Shown: positions 28,701 through 37,510 of the stretch, in pieces
Layout of the letters: every line of letters begins with the position of its first letter
Numbering within the stretch: position 1 is the first letter of the stretch
Made by a program: the position numbers and the translations under genes
NCBI GenBank assembly: GCA_947372355.1
Contig: CANBTI010000003.1
Location: 1,438 to 65,437, forward strand
Reading direction: 5' to 3'
Origin: Bdellovibrionales bacterium
GTDB lineage: Bacteria > Bdellovibrionota > UBA1018 > CAIMNF01
DNA: 64,000 nucleotides
Notes under the pieces: model-generated
Told to the model about the DNA's origin: nothing
What the model saw: only the letters and a program-made list of their open reading frames with translations
Databases searched by the model: none

Positions 28701-28827
28701 CGGTGGTTTCGCTTGTTCCAGCCGTTCCATTACATGCAGTCAATACGCATAAAAGTAGAGTGTTCATTGCAAACACATGCAAATAATTATTCGTAATGCT
28801 CATCCTAAGCTTTAGTTTAAACAACAT
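25798..28827 (-). CDS. 1009-aa lipoprotein/secreted protein: signal peptide, Pro/Thr-rich linkers, Ig-like (ASH/choice-of-anchor-D-like) Cys-containing domain and at least 12 NHL beta-propeller repeats
   Basis: Lipobox LLLCVLTAC. (PTPTAT)n linkers. Repeated NHL motif 'GNIYVAD..NNRIRKI(T)' about a dozen times. The start codon is ambiguous between 28827, 28803 and 28767. Confidence 0.7.
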   Translation of the reverse strand: MLFKLKLRMSITNNYLHVFAMNTLLLCVLTACNGTAGTSETTDKNKPTPTPTATPTPTATPTPTATPTPTATPTPTATPTPTATPTPTATPTPTATPTPTATPVADTTPPTLLISSPSTSGQNFTTSSLTISGSASDASGIQSVTVNGTTATGTTSWSKVITLVAGSNSITVRATDNSSAHNITTQTITATYSVPTPTPTPTPSPTASPTPTATPTPTPANLSFNPSGPLALTSTIVSSTGTAQAFSANNTGGLNTSTCTAASLSGTNSDQFLLSGSSSCNTGVIAGGSCTGITVAPKPTSTGSKSATLNLVCGSLSASVVVTFSATASPTPTPTVTPTPTPTATATATPIPSPTPTSGIVSTYAGSGGGGYLDGVTVNPKYFNATGIAIALSGNIYIADSGNNAIRRISDGVVVTFAGTGVAGYVNGAANVAQFTSPYAIAVDASENVYVTEANSNAIRKITSAGLVSTFAGSIATAGFADAQGTSARFITPRGLASDSSGNIYVADKGNSRIRKITSTGAVTTVAGTGVAGYYDSTALNAQFDNPFGVAISSAGVIYVGDTSNNKIRAISTAGVVSTFAGSTPGFTNGQGTSAQFNSPHGITIDSTGNLFVIDYTNNVIRKITSAGAVTTFAGTGTLGGINGAGATANFKYPDGIAIDSSNNLLIGDTLGNTIRKITNAAVVSIYSGSASSGFINGKDGPIAQFNSPIAVTTASSGITYVIDDFSPCIRKISADGLTVTTLAGDGNSANTGYVDDLGTAARFNSPKGMALDSSGNIYVADTYNNRIRKVTSTGVVTTIAGDGTYGYLDGQGTAAKFAYPWGIAIDTSNNLYIADKGNSRIRKISSSGAVTTIAGYILSGYADGAASVARFKNPQAIAVDSSNGTVYVADTANNRIRKITSDGTVSTLAGSTAGNLDGQGTAAQFYSPAGIIIDSSGNLIVSDYFNNVIKKVSSSGLVTTYAGSGYSDGIDSTLAASSFYFPVGMSMDSVGNIYIADSYTQRIRKITP
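28521..28688. repeat. 18-bp perfect or near-perfect tandem repeat (about 9.4 copies; AGT[A/G]GCAGTTGGCGTTGG on the plus strand) encoding (PTPTAT)n in the NHL-repeat protein
   Basis: Read directly from the sequence. Units alternate only at one A/G position. Two more degenerate PT-rich linker repeats occur at about 28176-28245 and 27755-27850. Confidence 0.85.
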
Positions 28828-28979
28828 TATTTTGGCCTTATTGGTTTTCTACTTCTAATAGAATAAATCCGTTTAAGACCTTAAACAATGTGTCCCGGGT
28901 GACACGACTTCCAACTGGTTTTAGTGCGTTTTGGAGCTTTAAATAAGCTAGAATTTATTTGTGATTTAATTGTATTAAG

Positions 28980-29055
28980 TGGTGGCCTGGGACGGAATCG
29001 AACCGCCGACACAAGCCTTTTCAGGGCTCTGCTCTACCGACTGAGCTACCAGGCC
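28980..29055 (-). tRNA. tRNA-Phe (anticodon GAA), CCA-encoded
   Basis: The reverse complement reads GGCCTGGTAGCTCAGTCGGTAGAGCAGAGCCCTGAAAAGGCTTGTGTCGGCGGTTCGATTCCGTCCCAGGCCACCA. It has a 7-bp acceptor stem, D-arm GCTC/GAGC, anticodon loop CTGAAAA and T-loop GGTTCGATTCC. Confidence 0.85.
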
Positions 29056-29173
29056 GAATGAGAAACATTCAAACGCGAATTTGAAAATTATTCGAGATAG
29101 TTCAAAAAGGCAACAAAAAATATGACTCATGCTATCCACCTGGGCAAATGATTTGCGGGTGAATAAAATGGGA

Positions 29174-29470
29174 CTAGTTTTTTGCGTTCTTTTTAATCTT
29201 GAGCGCTGAAACTTTTTTACTCACTTTTGGCGCAGCGGGTGCATTTTCCAGATCTCCCACTGATTCGACCACGTAATCTTCTTGAATTGCAGCTGAGTTA
29301 GCTGTTCCTGCATCAATACTAGTGGGCACTTCAGCTGAAGAACGCTCTAGTTTAAGGCTTTCTGCGTAAAGCTCATCGGTGTTGGTAGTGGTCATACCGA
29401 GTGCTGTGGTGGATGCGAAGCTTAGACCCCCAAAAATAACCAGACTAAAATACTTTGAATATATTGACAT
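29174..29470 (-). CDS. small (98 aa) secreted protein with a Lys-rich C-terminus, divergent from groES
   Basis: Start at the internal Met (MSIYSKYFSLVIFGGLSFAST) preceded by RBS AGAGGGG. The longer ORF-track version reads through the groES promoter and is rejected. Confidence 0.4.
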   Translation of the reverse strand: MSIYSKYFSLVIFGGLSFASTTALGMTTTNTDELYAESLKLERSSAEVPTSIDAGTANSAAIQEDYVVESVGDLENAPAAPKVSKKVSALKIKKNAKN

Positions 29471-29600
29471 TTTTATAGACCCCTCTATATTTTTCCCCGT
29501 AACGATGCGCAATTCATATCGCAAAGCGTTAATGGGGTCAATAAAAATATTAATAGATAAAAAAAACCTTATAAAAGCAGCCTTTTTAAAAAAAATAAGC

Positions 29601-29636
29601 CTTAAAAATTGACAATCGGCCCCCTGATACCATCTA
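29601..29636 (+). promoter_or_regulatory. putative groESL promoter: CTTAAAA / TTGACA -35 elements with a sigma32-like CCCCCTGAT -10
   Basis: cttaaaaATTGACAatcggCCCCCTGATaccatctaat lies about 55 nt upstream of the groES ATG. It resembles the RpoH consensus CTTGAAA-N13-15-CCCCATNT. No CIRCE inverted repeat is present. Confidence 0.3.
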
Positions 29637-29689
29637 ATCACCTGAAACCTAAACAAGGTATTTTGTTAACAAATAAGGAGGCAACTAAA

Positions 29690-29977
29690 ATGCAAGTTCG
29701 TCCATTACATGATCGCGTACTAGTGAAGAGATTTTTAGAAGAAGAGAAATCAAAAGGTGGAATTATCATTCCAGATAGCGCAAAAGAAAAACCAATTCAA
29801 GGTGAAGTAATTGCTGCTGGAGCAGGCCGTGTAACTGAAGATGGAAAAGTTCGTCCTCTTGAAGTGAAAAAAGGCGATAAGATTTTGTTCGGAAAATATT
29901 CTGGAACTGAAATCAAAATCGAAGGCGAAGATTTTCTCATGATGAGAGAAGAAGATATTCTCGGAATCATTCAGTAA
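29690..29977 (+). CDS. groES: co-chaperonin GroES
   Basis: [14 protein letters not shown]...[11 protein letters not shown]...[25 protein letters not shown] 9 nt upstream. Confidence 0.9.
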   Translation: MQVRPLHDRVLVKRFLEEEKSKGGIIIPDSAKEKPIQGEVIAAGAGRVTEDGKVRPLEVKKGDKILFGKYSGTEIKIEGEDFLMMREEDILGIIQ

Positions 29978-29987
29978 ATAAAATTAA

Positions 29988-31652
<1,665 letters not shown>

Positions 31653-31773
31653 TTTGTAGGTAGGAGGCTAACTTTGTTAGCCGGACTAGGGGTTGTGTTC
31701 TGATCACTGAGTTTACTCAGTTAGTAAGAACGCAACTTCTTCTACCTCAGCCTATTAAAACTTAAAATTTGAA

Positions 31774-31809
31774 CCCACTTATCTAACTTAGATAAGTGGG
31801 TTTTTTTTT
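31774..31809 (+). terminator. rho-independent terminator downstream of groEL
   Basis: 12-bp perfect stem CCCACTTATCTA/TAGATAAGTGGG with a 3-nt loop, followed by T9. Confidence 0.7.
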
Positions 31810-31859
31810 GACGCGTACTATTGATTGAATTCTTAGCTTTAATTTACTAAACTTTAAGT

Positions 31860-32210
31860 ATGGGTTTAATGAAAAGCTTGAGAGTGATGTTATTTGGTCA
31901 TCGACGCAGAATGCTAGAGCGTGATGAACTCCGCAAGTTTTTACAGGTAAAGGTTATAATCGAAGGATTAAAATATAATATTTCAGATTTCTCAAACCAA
32001 GGCTTTTCTATTCATAATGAAGCTGGCGCTGGGTTTGAGGTAGGAAAGCAATGTTCATGTATTCTTACTTTGAGAGGCGATCCTAAGCTTACAATTAAAG
32101 TTAAGGTAAGAAGAGTAGATGGAAAACTCATTGGTTGTGAAGTAATCGATACAGAGCTTTTTGAAAGATTTGTCGACAATAACCTAAGATTACCAAAAAA
32201 AATTAATTAG
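31860..32210 (+). CDS. PilZ-domain protein (putative c-di-GMP receptor)
   Basis: 116 aa. 'RRRMLERDELRK' (RxxxR) and 'DFSNQGFSI' (D/NxSxxG) PilZ signature motifs. Confidence 0.55.
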   Translation: MGLMKSLRVMLFGHRRRMLERDELRKFLQVKVIIEGLKYNISDFSNQGFSIHNEAGAGFEVGKQCSCILTLRGDPKLTIKVKVRRVDGKLIGCEVIDTELFERFVDNNLRLPKKIN

Positions 32211-32631
32211 ACTCGCTCACATCATTTTTGAGTTCGTTTTTATCTTTTTCAGCATGAGGGAAGTGTGCTTTGAGTTGCACTCCTAGATCAAGTACGGCAT
32301 TTTCAATTCCATGAATTAAATCTTTTTCTTGAATATTTTTTTTCAAAGAATTTTTTAATTGATCCCAATAATCTTGCCCCAATTTTAAATGAATACCTTC
32401 ATCCCCGTAGAGAGCAAATTTTCTAGCGTTAGGATTAATGTAGATTAAAATTCCATTGCGATCTTTGGTGAGGTGCATTTTTAGTTTTTCAAACTGTTTT
32501 TGAGCCTGAAAAAGCGGGTTTTCATCTGATTTAGAATAAGAAAAATGGACACGGATTTCGCCACTAGTTTGGTGTTCTGCGTTTTCAATTGCTTGTACGA
32601 TTTTCTTTTTTTGAGCCGATGTTAGTTTCAT
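32203..32631 (-). CDS. TPM-domain protein (soluble, third member of the LemA/TPM/TPM module)
   Basis: 142 aa. 'GILIYINPNARKFALYGDEGIH' resembles the TPM (DUF477) fold core. Located directly downstream of the TPM-Gly-rich protein. Confidence 0.45.
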   Translation of the reverse strand: MKLTSAQKKKIVQAIENAEHQTSGEIRVHFSYSKSDENPLFQAQKQFEKLKMHLTKDRNGILIYINPNARKFALYGDEGIHLKLGQDYWDQLKNSLKKNIQEKDLIHGIENAVLDLGVQLKAHFPHAEKDKNELKNDVSESN

Positions 32632-33384
32632 TTACCAATCCCCACTCGAACCGCCACCACCACTTGAACCACCGCCACCGGAAAATCCTCCACCATCACC
32701 ACCACCAAAACCACCGCCTCCGCCAAATCCACCGCCTCCGCCAAATCCACCACCACCCCATCCACCTCTTCGATAACTATTGCTACCAAGGGTTTGAGGG
32801 CTAAAGCGATCAATCAATCTTAAAATACCAAAAATGATGAGCGCAAATAAGAGAAAAAACTTATTCACTTTCACGCCTTTTTGTCTTCTAGGTGCCGCTT
32901 CTTCTGTGCCTTCAGAATGGATGATTTTTTGAATTTCTTGTACGGAAGCTATGATTCCTTCAGAATATTTTTTCTCACCAAATGCAGGGCCAATAATATC
33001 GATAATGATCCGTTTGCTCTTAGCATCAGTGAGGAGGGGTTCTAAGCCATAACCAACTTCAATTCTGATTTTCTTTTCTTTTAAATAGACTGCGAGTAGC
33101 GCTCCATTGCTTTTACTTTTTTCTCCAGGCTGCCAAGATGCAAAAACTCGATTGGTATAATCGACCAGATCTTCCTGATCGAGCGAGTTAAAAACGGCAA
33201 CTAGAATCTGATTTCCAAATTGTCGATCTTCTTGAGATAAAATTGAAGATAAGGAATCGATTGAAGAGCTTAATAAACCTGCTTCATCATAGACATAGTT
33301 TCTAGGAGAAGGTGGAATGCTTTTAGCTGCAATAGCCTCGCATTGAAACAATAGTGCTAAGAGAAGTATTGTTTTTTTAATCAT
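32632..33384 (-). CDS. TPM-domain protein (YgcG-like): signal peptide, TPM domain, TM helix and Gly-rich C-terminal tail
   Basis: MIKKTILLLALLFQCEAIA signal. 'NQILVAVFNSLDQEDL' TPM core. TM FFLLFALIIFGIL. Tail GGWGGGGFGGGGGFGGGGG... Confidence 0.6.
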   Translation of the reverse strand: MIKKTILLLALLFQCEAIAAKSIPPSPRNYVYDEAGLLSSSIDSLSSILSQEDRQFGNQILVAVFNSLDQEDLVDYTNRVFASWQPGEKSKSNGALLAVYLKEKKIRIEVGYGLEPLLTDAKSKRIIIDIIGPAFGEKKYSEGIIASVQEIQKIIHSEGTEEAAPRRQKGVKVNKFFLLFALIIFGILRLIDRFSPQTLGSNSYRRGGWGGGGFGGGGGFGGGGGFGGGDGGGFSGGGGSSGGGGSSGDW

Positions 33385-33387
33385 TAA

Positions 33388-33966
33388 TTAGAATTTAACT
33401 TCAGGAGCATTTTCAGCACCCGCTTTAGCTGCAAAATATGCACGTTCTTTAAAACCCTTATTCCCAGCAACAATTGATCCGGGGAATTGTCTGATGGCAG
33501 TATTGTACAAACGAGCAGTTTCGTTAAAACGCTGTCTTTCAATAGTAATTCTATTTTCAGTACCTTCTAATTGACTTTGAAGTTCTAAGAAATTTTTATC
33601 TGCTTTGAGATCAGGATATTTTTCAGAAATAACCATCAAGCGAGATAGTGCGCCTGAGAGTTGTCCTTGAGCGGCATCAAACTTTTTTAAATCTTCAGGG
33701 GAGTTTACTTTGATTTGCCCAACAGAAGCACGAGCCTGAGTAATGGATTCCAACACATCCGCTTCATGCTTTGCGTATCCCTTAACGGTGTTCACTAAGT
33801 TAGGAATTAAATCAGCTCGACGTTGATAAACACTTTCCACTTGTGACCAACTAGTATTCACGTTTTCATCCAATGCAACGAGACCATTTCCGGTTGATAC
33901 ATACCAAAAACCACTGAGTAATAAGACACCTAAAATTGCTGCTACAGCGATTAATCCTGTTTTCAT
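33388..33966 (-). CDS. lemA: LemA-family protein
   Basis: N-terminal TM, then 'ENVNTSWSQVESVYQRRADLIPNLVNTVKGYAKHE', characteristic of LemA. Start taken at Met16 (MKTGLIAVAAIL) to avoid overlap with the upstream gene. Confidence 0.7.
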   Translation of the reverse strand: MKTGLIAVAAILGVLLLSGFWYVSTGNGLVALDENVNTSWSQVESVYQRRADLIPNLVNTVKGYAKHEADVLESITQARASVGQIKVNSPEDLKKFDAAQGQLSGALSRLMVISEKYPDLKADKNFLELQSQLEGTENRITIERQRFNETARLYNTAIRQFPGSIVAGNKGFKERAYFAAKAGAENAPEVKF

Positions 33967-33977
33967 TTTTGCTCCTA

Positions 33978-35066
33978 CTATTTTTTCTCTTCTGTATTTT
34001 CGTTTAACCATGCTTTTCTACCAAGCATGTAAATATATCCAGAAACGTATTGATCCGCTAATCTTACCATCCTAGGCCCGACAATAATATTTAATTTAGA
34101 GTTTTTTAGGCAGGAAGATACCAAGATTTTAGGAAGTGAACCGAGCGTCCACTTTTGAACTGCTCTCTTGGGAAAAAAACGCACAACACCAAAGCCTGTA
34201 TCATAGGGTAAAAGCTTATTCCCAATTTTTGATTTTTCGCCATTCGCATCAACATCAGAATTCACTGCATTAAATAGTGGCCGTTTGATCAGTGCATTTG
34301 TTGCAAAATCAGTGGCATTCCTTTGAATAAAATCTTTATAAATATTTGCATTATTGGTGAGAAGTGGCTTCACCACTTTACCTGAAATATAAGAACTGGT
34401 GATATTAGCTGCTAAATCAGATGAGAGTAATAGTGCTTTCTTTTTCCACTTTTTATCATGAATATCTACATCTAAAACCTCTGGATTTGCGGTTACAAAT
34501 CCAGCTGTAGTAACAAATCCACTAATCATCAACCCATCTTTAATGAAGGCATCTCCTCTTTCTTGAGAGGCGAGTAATTCTGTGCATTTAACTACTTGAG
34601 ATTTTTGCAATGATGGATCAGCTTCTCGAATATAATTTATCTTTGAATGTCCTCGAATAGCATCATCCACCTCACCAGGTCTTAAATCCCAGGAATTTTT
34701 TGCCTTAAATACGAAAGCTTTTTCTTTAGGGTCATAAGTAAAATCTCCCCATTCTTTGATGATGTAAGATTCTTTTGATGCATGATCTTGAAGAATAACA
34801 AAGGCGGCATCTTTTTTGGGAAGATGTTTGGCTTCGGTAAATTGAATTTGATTCCGATCATCTACCCAGTAATTAAAAGATTTACCTTTTTGAGTTTCTG
34901 AAATCAATAAATCATCCATGGTTCGGATATCCGTAGAAATTGTTTCAAGATTAACTTCATCACCTCTGGGGAGAAATACTTTTTCTAGTATTGAATTTGG
35001 ATCACATGGGGTTGCACTAGAAATGACAGAAAAAAACAAAGTGCTGATTAGGATCCATTTTTTCAA
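33978..35066 (-). CDS. hypothetical secreted protein (362 aa)
   Basis: Signal peptide MKKWILISTLFFSVISSATP. No recognisable catalytic motif. Confidence 0.4.
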   Translation of the reverse strand: MKKWILISTLFFSVISSATPCDPNSILEKVFLPRGDEVNLETISTDIRTMDDLLISETQKGKSFNYWVDDRNQIQFTEAKHLPKKDAAFVILQDHASKESYIIKEWGDFTYDPKEKAFVFKAKNSWDLRPGEVDDAIRGHSKINYIREADPSLQKSQVVKCTELLASQERGDAFIKDGLMISGFVTTAGFVTANPEVLDVDIHDKKWKKKALLLSSDLAANITSSYISGKVVKPLLTNNANIYKDFIQRNATDFATNALIKRPLFNAVNSDVDANGEKSKIGNKLLPYDTGFGVVRFFPKRAVQKWTLGSLPKILVSSCLKNSKLNIIVGPRMVRLADQYVSGYIYMLGRKAWLNENTEEKK

Positions 35067-35956
35067 TTTTTTTCACCGAGTAAGAGTTCTTCCAGCATTT
35101 TTGGAGTGAATACATATTTTTCAGAACAAAAATCACAGATAATTTCAGTGTCTTTTCCTTCAAGAATCATGGATTGAATTTCATCGCGCCCTACAAGTGC
35201 AATTGATCTTCTCACTCTCTCCACAGTGCAACTACATTTTACAGTGAGATTTTTTTCTTCAATCACACTAAAAGGCTGATTTTCGAGTAAAAAAGAAAGA
35301 AGGTGAGTGGGGGTTTTTCTTTGAGCTGAATCAGGATCAAGATGATTCAGTTTTTTCATATGATCTTCAATGAATTTAATATCATCCTCTGATGCACCTG
35401 GGAGTGTTTGAATTAAAAATCCTTGTGCGAATAGTACTGTATTGAGATCGAAATCAATAATCACTTCAATTCCTACAGCTGATTGAACTTGCTCAGATTG
35501 CAAAAAGTAAAAAGTTAAATCTTTTGCCAGATGTCCCGTAAGTAATGGAACTGTACCAATGTAGGGTTTTGCTTCATCATGTTTTGTTCTCAGAACTGAA
35601 AGTAATCCGATTCCCCATGGGCCAATGTTTTTTGCTAAATTTATATCGTCGTAATTTCTTTCAACAACATATCCTCGAACTTCAGCATTCGCGTTCGCAT
35701 CAAATATCGCTTGATGACACCAACCGGATCCTTGAATGTTTAAATTAATTTTTTCTTCATCTTTTGAATAAGATGAAAGTAGAAGACTTGCGAGAATTCC
35801 CTCAGAAAGGGATTTTGTACCTGCAAGCGCCGTATGGTGTCTCTGTATTAAATAGTTACAAATTTCAGTGGCATTGATTGCGACTGCTCGAATTGTTCCT
35901 GAGTTCGATATACATTTAACCCATTTATCTTGTTGAGAGTAAAATTCTATCGACAT
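35063..35956 (-). CDS. hslO: redox-regulated chaperone Hsp33
   Basis: 297 aa. C-terminal zinc centre CSC...(31 aa)...CDFC, i.e. CxC and CxxC motifs with typical spacing. Confidence 0.8.
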   Translation of the reverse strand: MSIEFYSQQDKWVKCISNSGTIRAVAINATEICNYLIQRHHTALAGTKSLSEGILASLLLSSYSKDEEKINLNIQGSGWCHQAIFDANANAEVRGYVVERNYDDINLAKNIGPWGIGLLSVLRTKHDEAKPYIGTVPLLTGHLAKDLTFYFLQSEQVQSAVGIEVIIDFDLNTVLFAQGFLIQTLPGASEDDIKFIEDHMKKLNHLDPDSAQRKTPTHLLSFLLENQPFSVIEEKNLTVKCSCTVERVRRSIALVGRDEIQSMILEGKDTEIICDFCSEKYVFTPKMLEELLLGEKN

Positions 35957-35977
35957 TTTTGATTCGTTTTTCCTAGC

Positions 35978-36676
35978 TTAAAAAGAAACACCCGCATGGA
36001 TCATGAATGAAATAAATGATCCGCCAATGGGTAGTGATACTCCGTTTGAAGCAACTTTCGTTGAATCAAACATGTTGTGATAGTTGAGGCGTGTGCCGAA
36101 AAATACTTTTTTACTTAAAAGTAGATCAACACCACCACCTAGTTCCATTCCGAAAAGTAGAGCGCTAAGGGTAGCGTTGTTAGATAAAATTTCTGATGGA
36201 TGATAAAAACCAAGTCCAATCGATGCAAATGGAACCAGTTGATCGAAATAAACTAGATTTGTTCTTAGGGCCGCATCTAGATTTACGAGTGAAAAGTTTC
36301 CATTTGAATGAGAGCTATAACCAAAATCAGATTCAAATGAAAACATATCGCTCACTCCGTAAGTGTAGTGAACTTGTGTTCCGAGTGAATTTTCAAAATT
36401 GGTAGAAAGGTTTCCCATTAAGAAGATTTGCCCTACACCGATGGAAAGATTATGAGTTCCTGGTGCTAAGGGGGATAGATCTTCTGTGAATTTTCTTGAT
36501 TGAGGACTAGATTCATTACGATTTGAATCGCGAGAAGATCTAGTTAATTTAATTGAATCAGATTCTAATGCAGAAAAGGTTGATCGAGAGGCAGGATATG
36601 AAAAAGCCTTTTGACTAGAAACCGAATACACTCCAAGAATTAAAGCTATTAACAATAATTGTTTTACACACTTCAT
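35978..36676 (-). CDS. outer-membrane beta-barrel protein (OmpW/porin-like small barrel)
   Basis: Signal peptide MKCVKQLLLIALILGVYSVSS. Alternating amphipathic strands. C-terminal ...HAGVSF. Confidence 0.5.
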   Translation of the reverse strand: MKCVKQLLLIALILGVYSVSSQKAFSYPASRSTFSALESDSIKLTRSSRDSNRNESSPQSRKFTEDLSPLAPGTHNLSIGVGQIFLMGNLSTNFENSLGTQVHYTYGVSDMFSFESDFGYSSHSNGNFSLVNLDAALRTNLVYFDQLVPFASIGLGFYHPSEILSNNATLSALLFGMELGGGVDLLLSKKVFFGTRLNYHNMFDSTKVASNGVSLPIGGSFISFMIHAGVSF

Positions 36677-36848
36677 TACTAAAGTGTATTCGGTGACTTG
36701 AAAGAAGCAAAGCCTCATTTGAAATGCGTCAAATTAAACGCACTTTCGTCCATTAATGTAAAAACTTCACAATAACGAACGGGCACAACCACGATGGGTT
36801 GATTAAAATTTATTAAGAATCAGTTATAAATCGTCAGAAAACTAACGA

Positions 36849-37223
36849 TTATTGGCTGATGCTTGGAGCATTGCTCACAGAAGCTGAACTAGTAGCTGAT
36901 AGAGCTGCTGCTTCTGCTTCAATAGCGCTTAATTCAGCTTTCATGCGTTCAGCAATGAAACCTGAGAAAGAGCCATCACCACTGCGAATGATTGCTTTAA
37001 GCAAGTTCACAGACGGTTGAGTTTTAGCTTTACGTTCAGATTCATATAGAAGCTGAGTTAAAGTTGCTGCCGTGATGTCGTTCTTAGTTTTGTTATCAAT
37101 AACGCGAATTTCTTCGCCGTTACGGATCATTTTTGAAATCTCATCAAGTGTTACGTAACTAGACTCGTGTGTGTCGTATAGTTTACGATTTTGATAACGC
37201 TTAATTACTTTTGCTTCTTTCAT
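36849..37223 (-). CDS. PhaR-like DNA-binding protein (PHA accumulation regulator N-terminal domain)
   Basis: 'VIKRYQNRKLYDTHESSYVTLDEI' matches the PHB/PHA accumulation-regulator DNA-binding motif. Start at the internal Met with RBS AGGGGGCGG. The ORF-track N-terminal extension is rejected. Confidence 0.6.
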   Translation of the reverse strand: MKEAKVIKRYQNRKLYDTHESSYVTLDEISKMIRNGEEIRVIDNKTKNDITAATLTQLLYESERKAKTQPSVNLLKAIIRSGDGSFSGFIAERMKAELSAIEAEAAALSATSSASVSNAPSISQ

Positions 37224-37510
37224 ACTACCGCCCCCTAAATAAGTACCTAGGTTGTTAATGTTTCCCTCAAGTGATGCTCTGCACCAGAAAACTTTAATAA
37301 ACCCCTGTTTTCTAATACGTTGAACACCTCTTTTTTTATATGAGGTATATAGCCAATACCACAGAAATGACATGCCGCAATGTTGGCTAACACCTAATCT
37401 CGTAACAATGGGCGCACAAGTTGTCAAGGAATTCGCTGCCGTGCAGTTAAAAAGAGTAGCTATAGTTTTGTGTATAAAATGACGAAAGGTTAAATAAGGG
37501 AGGCCTTTAA

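Noticed and set aside
28472-28786. ORFs on both strands (28472..28786 + 'VAVGVGV...' and 28488..28730 - 'QRQLPLQRQL...') overlapping the NHL-protein gene
   Set aside because: Both are frame artefacts of the 18-bp tandem repeat. The long minus-strand frame, with signal peptide, NHL repeats and consistent domain architecture, is the real gene.
28828-29173. Integrated mobile element next to tRNA-Phe
   Set aside because: tRNA genes are common integration sites, but there is no integrase, transposase or direct repeat of the tRNA 3' end on either flank. The neighbours are groESL and the NHL protein gene.
29471-29656. N-terminal 62-codon extension of the 29174..29656 minus-strand ORF
   Set aside because: The extension reads through the groES promoter and RBS region and has no start context. 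The internal Met with RBS AGAGGGG, followed by a signal peptide, is the credible start.
29480-29690. CIRCE (HrcA operator) upstream of groES
   Set aside because: Searched for the TTAGCACTC-N9-GAGTGCTAA inverted repeat on both strands and found no resemblance. A sigma32-like promoter is proposed instead (see findings).
32589-32813. His-rich and Val/Ala-rich small ORFs (32589..32804 +, 32628..32813 -)
   Set aside because: They are generated by the Gly-codon repeat of the TPM protein's Gly-rich tail. The minus-strand TPM gene, with signal peptide and domain, is the coherent reading.
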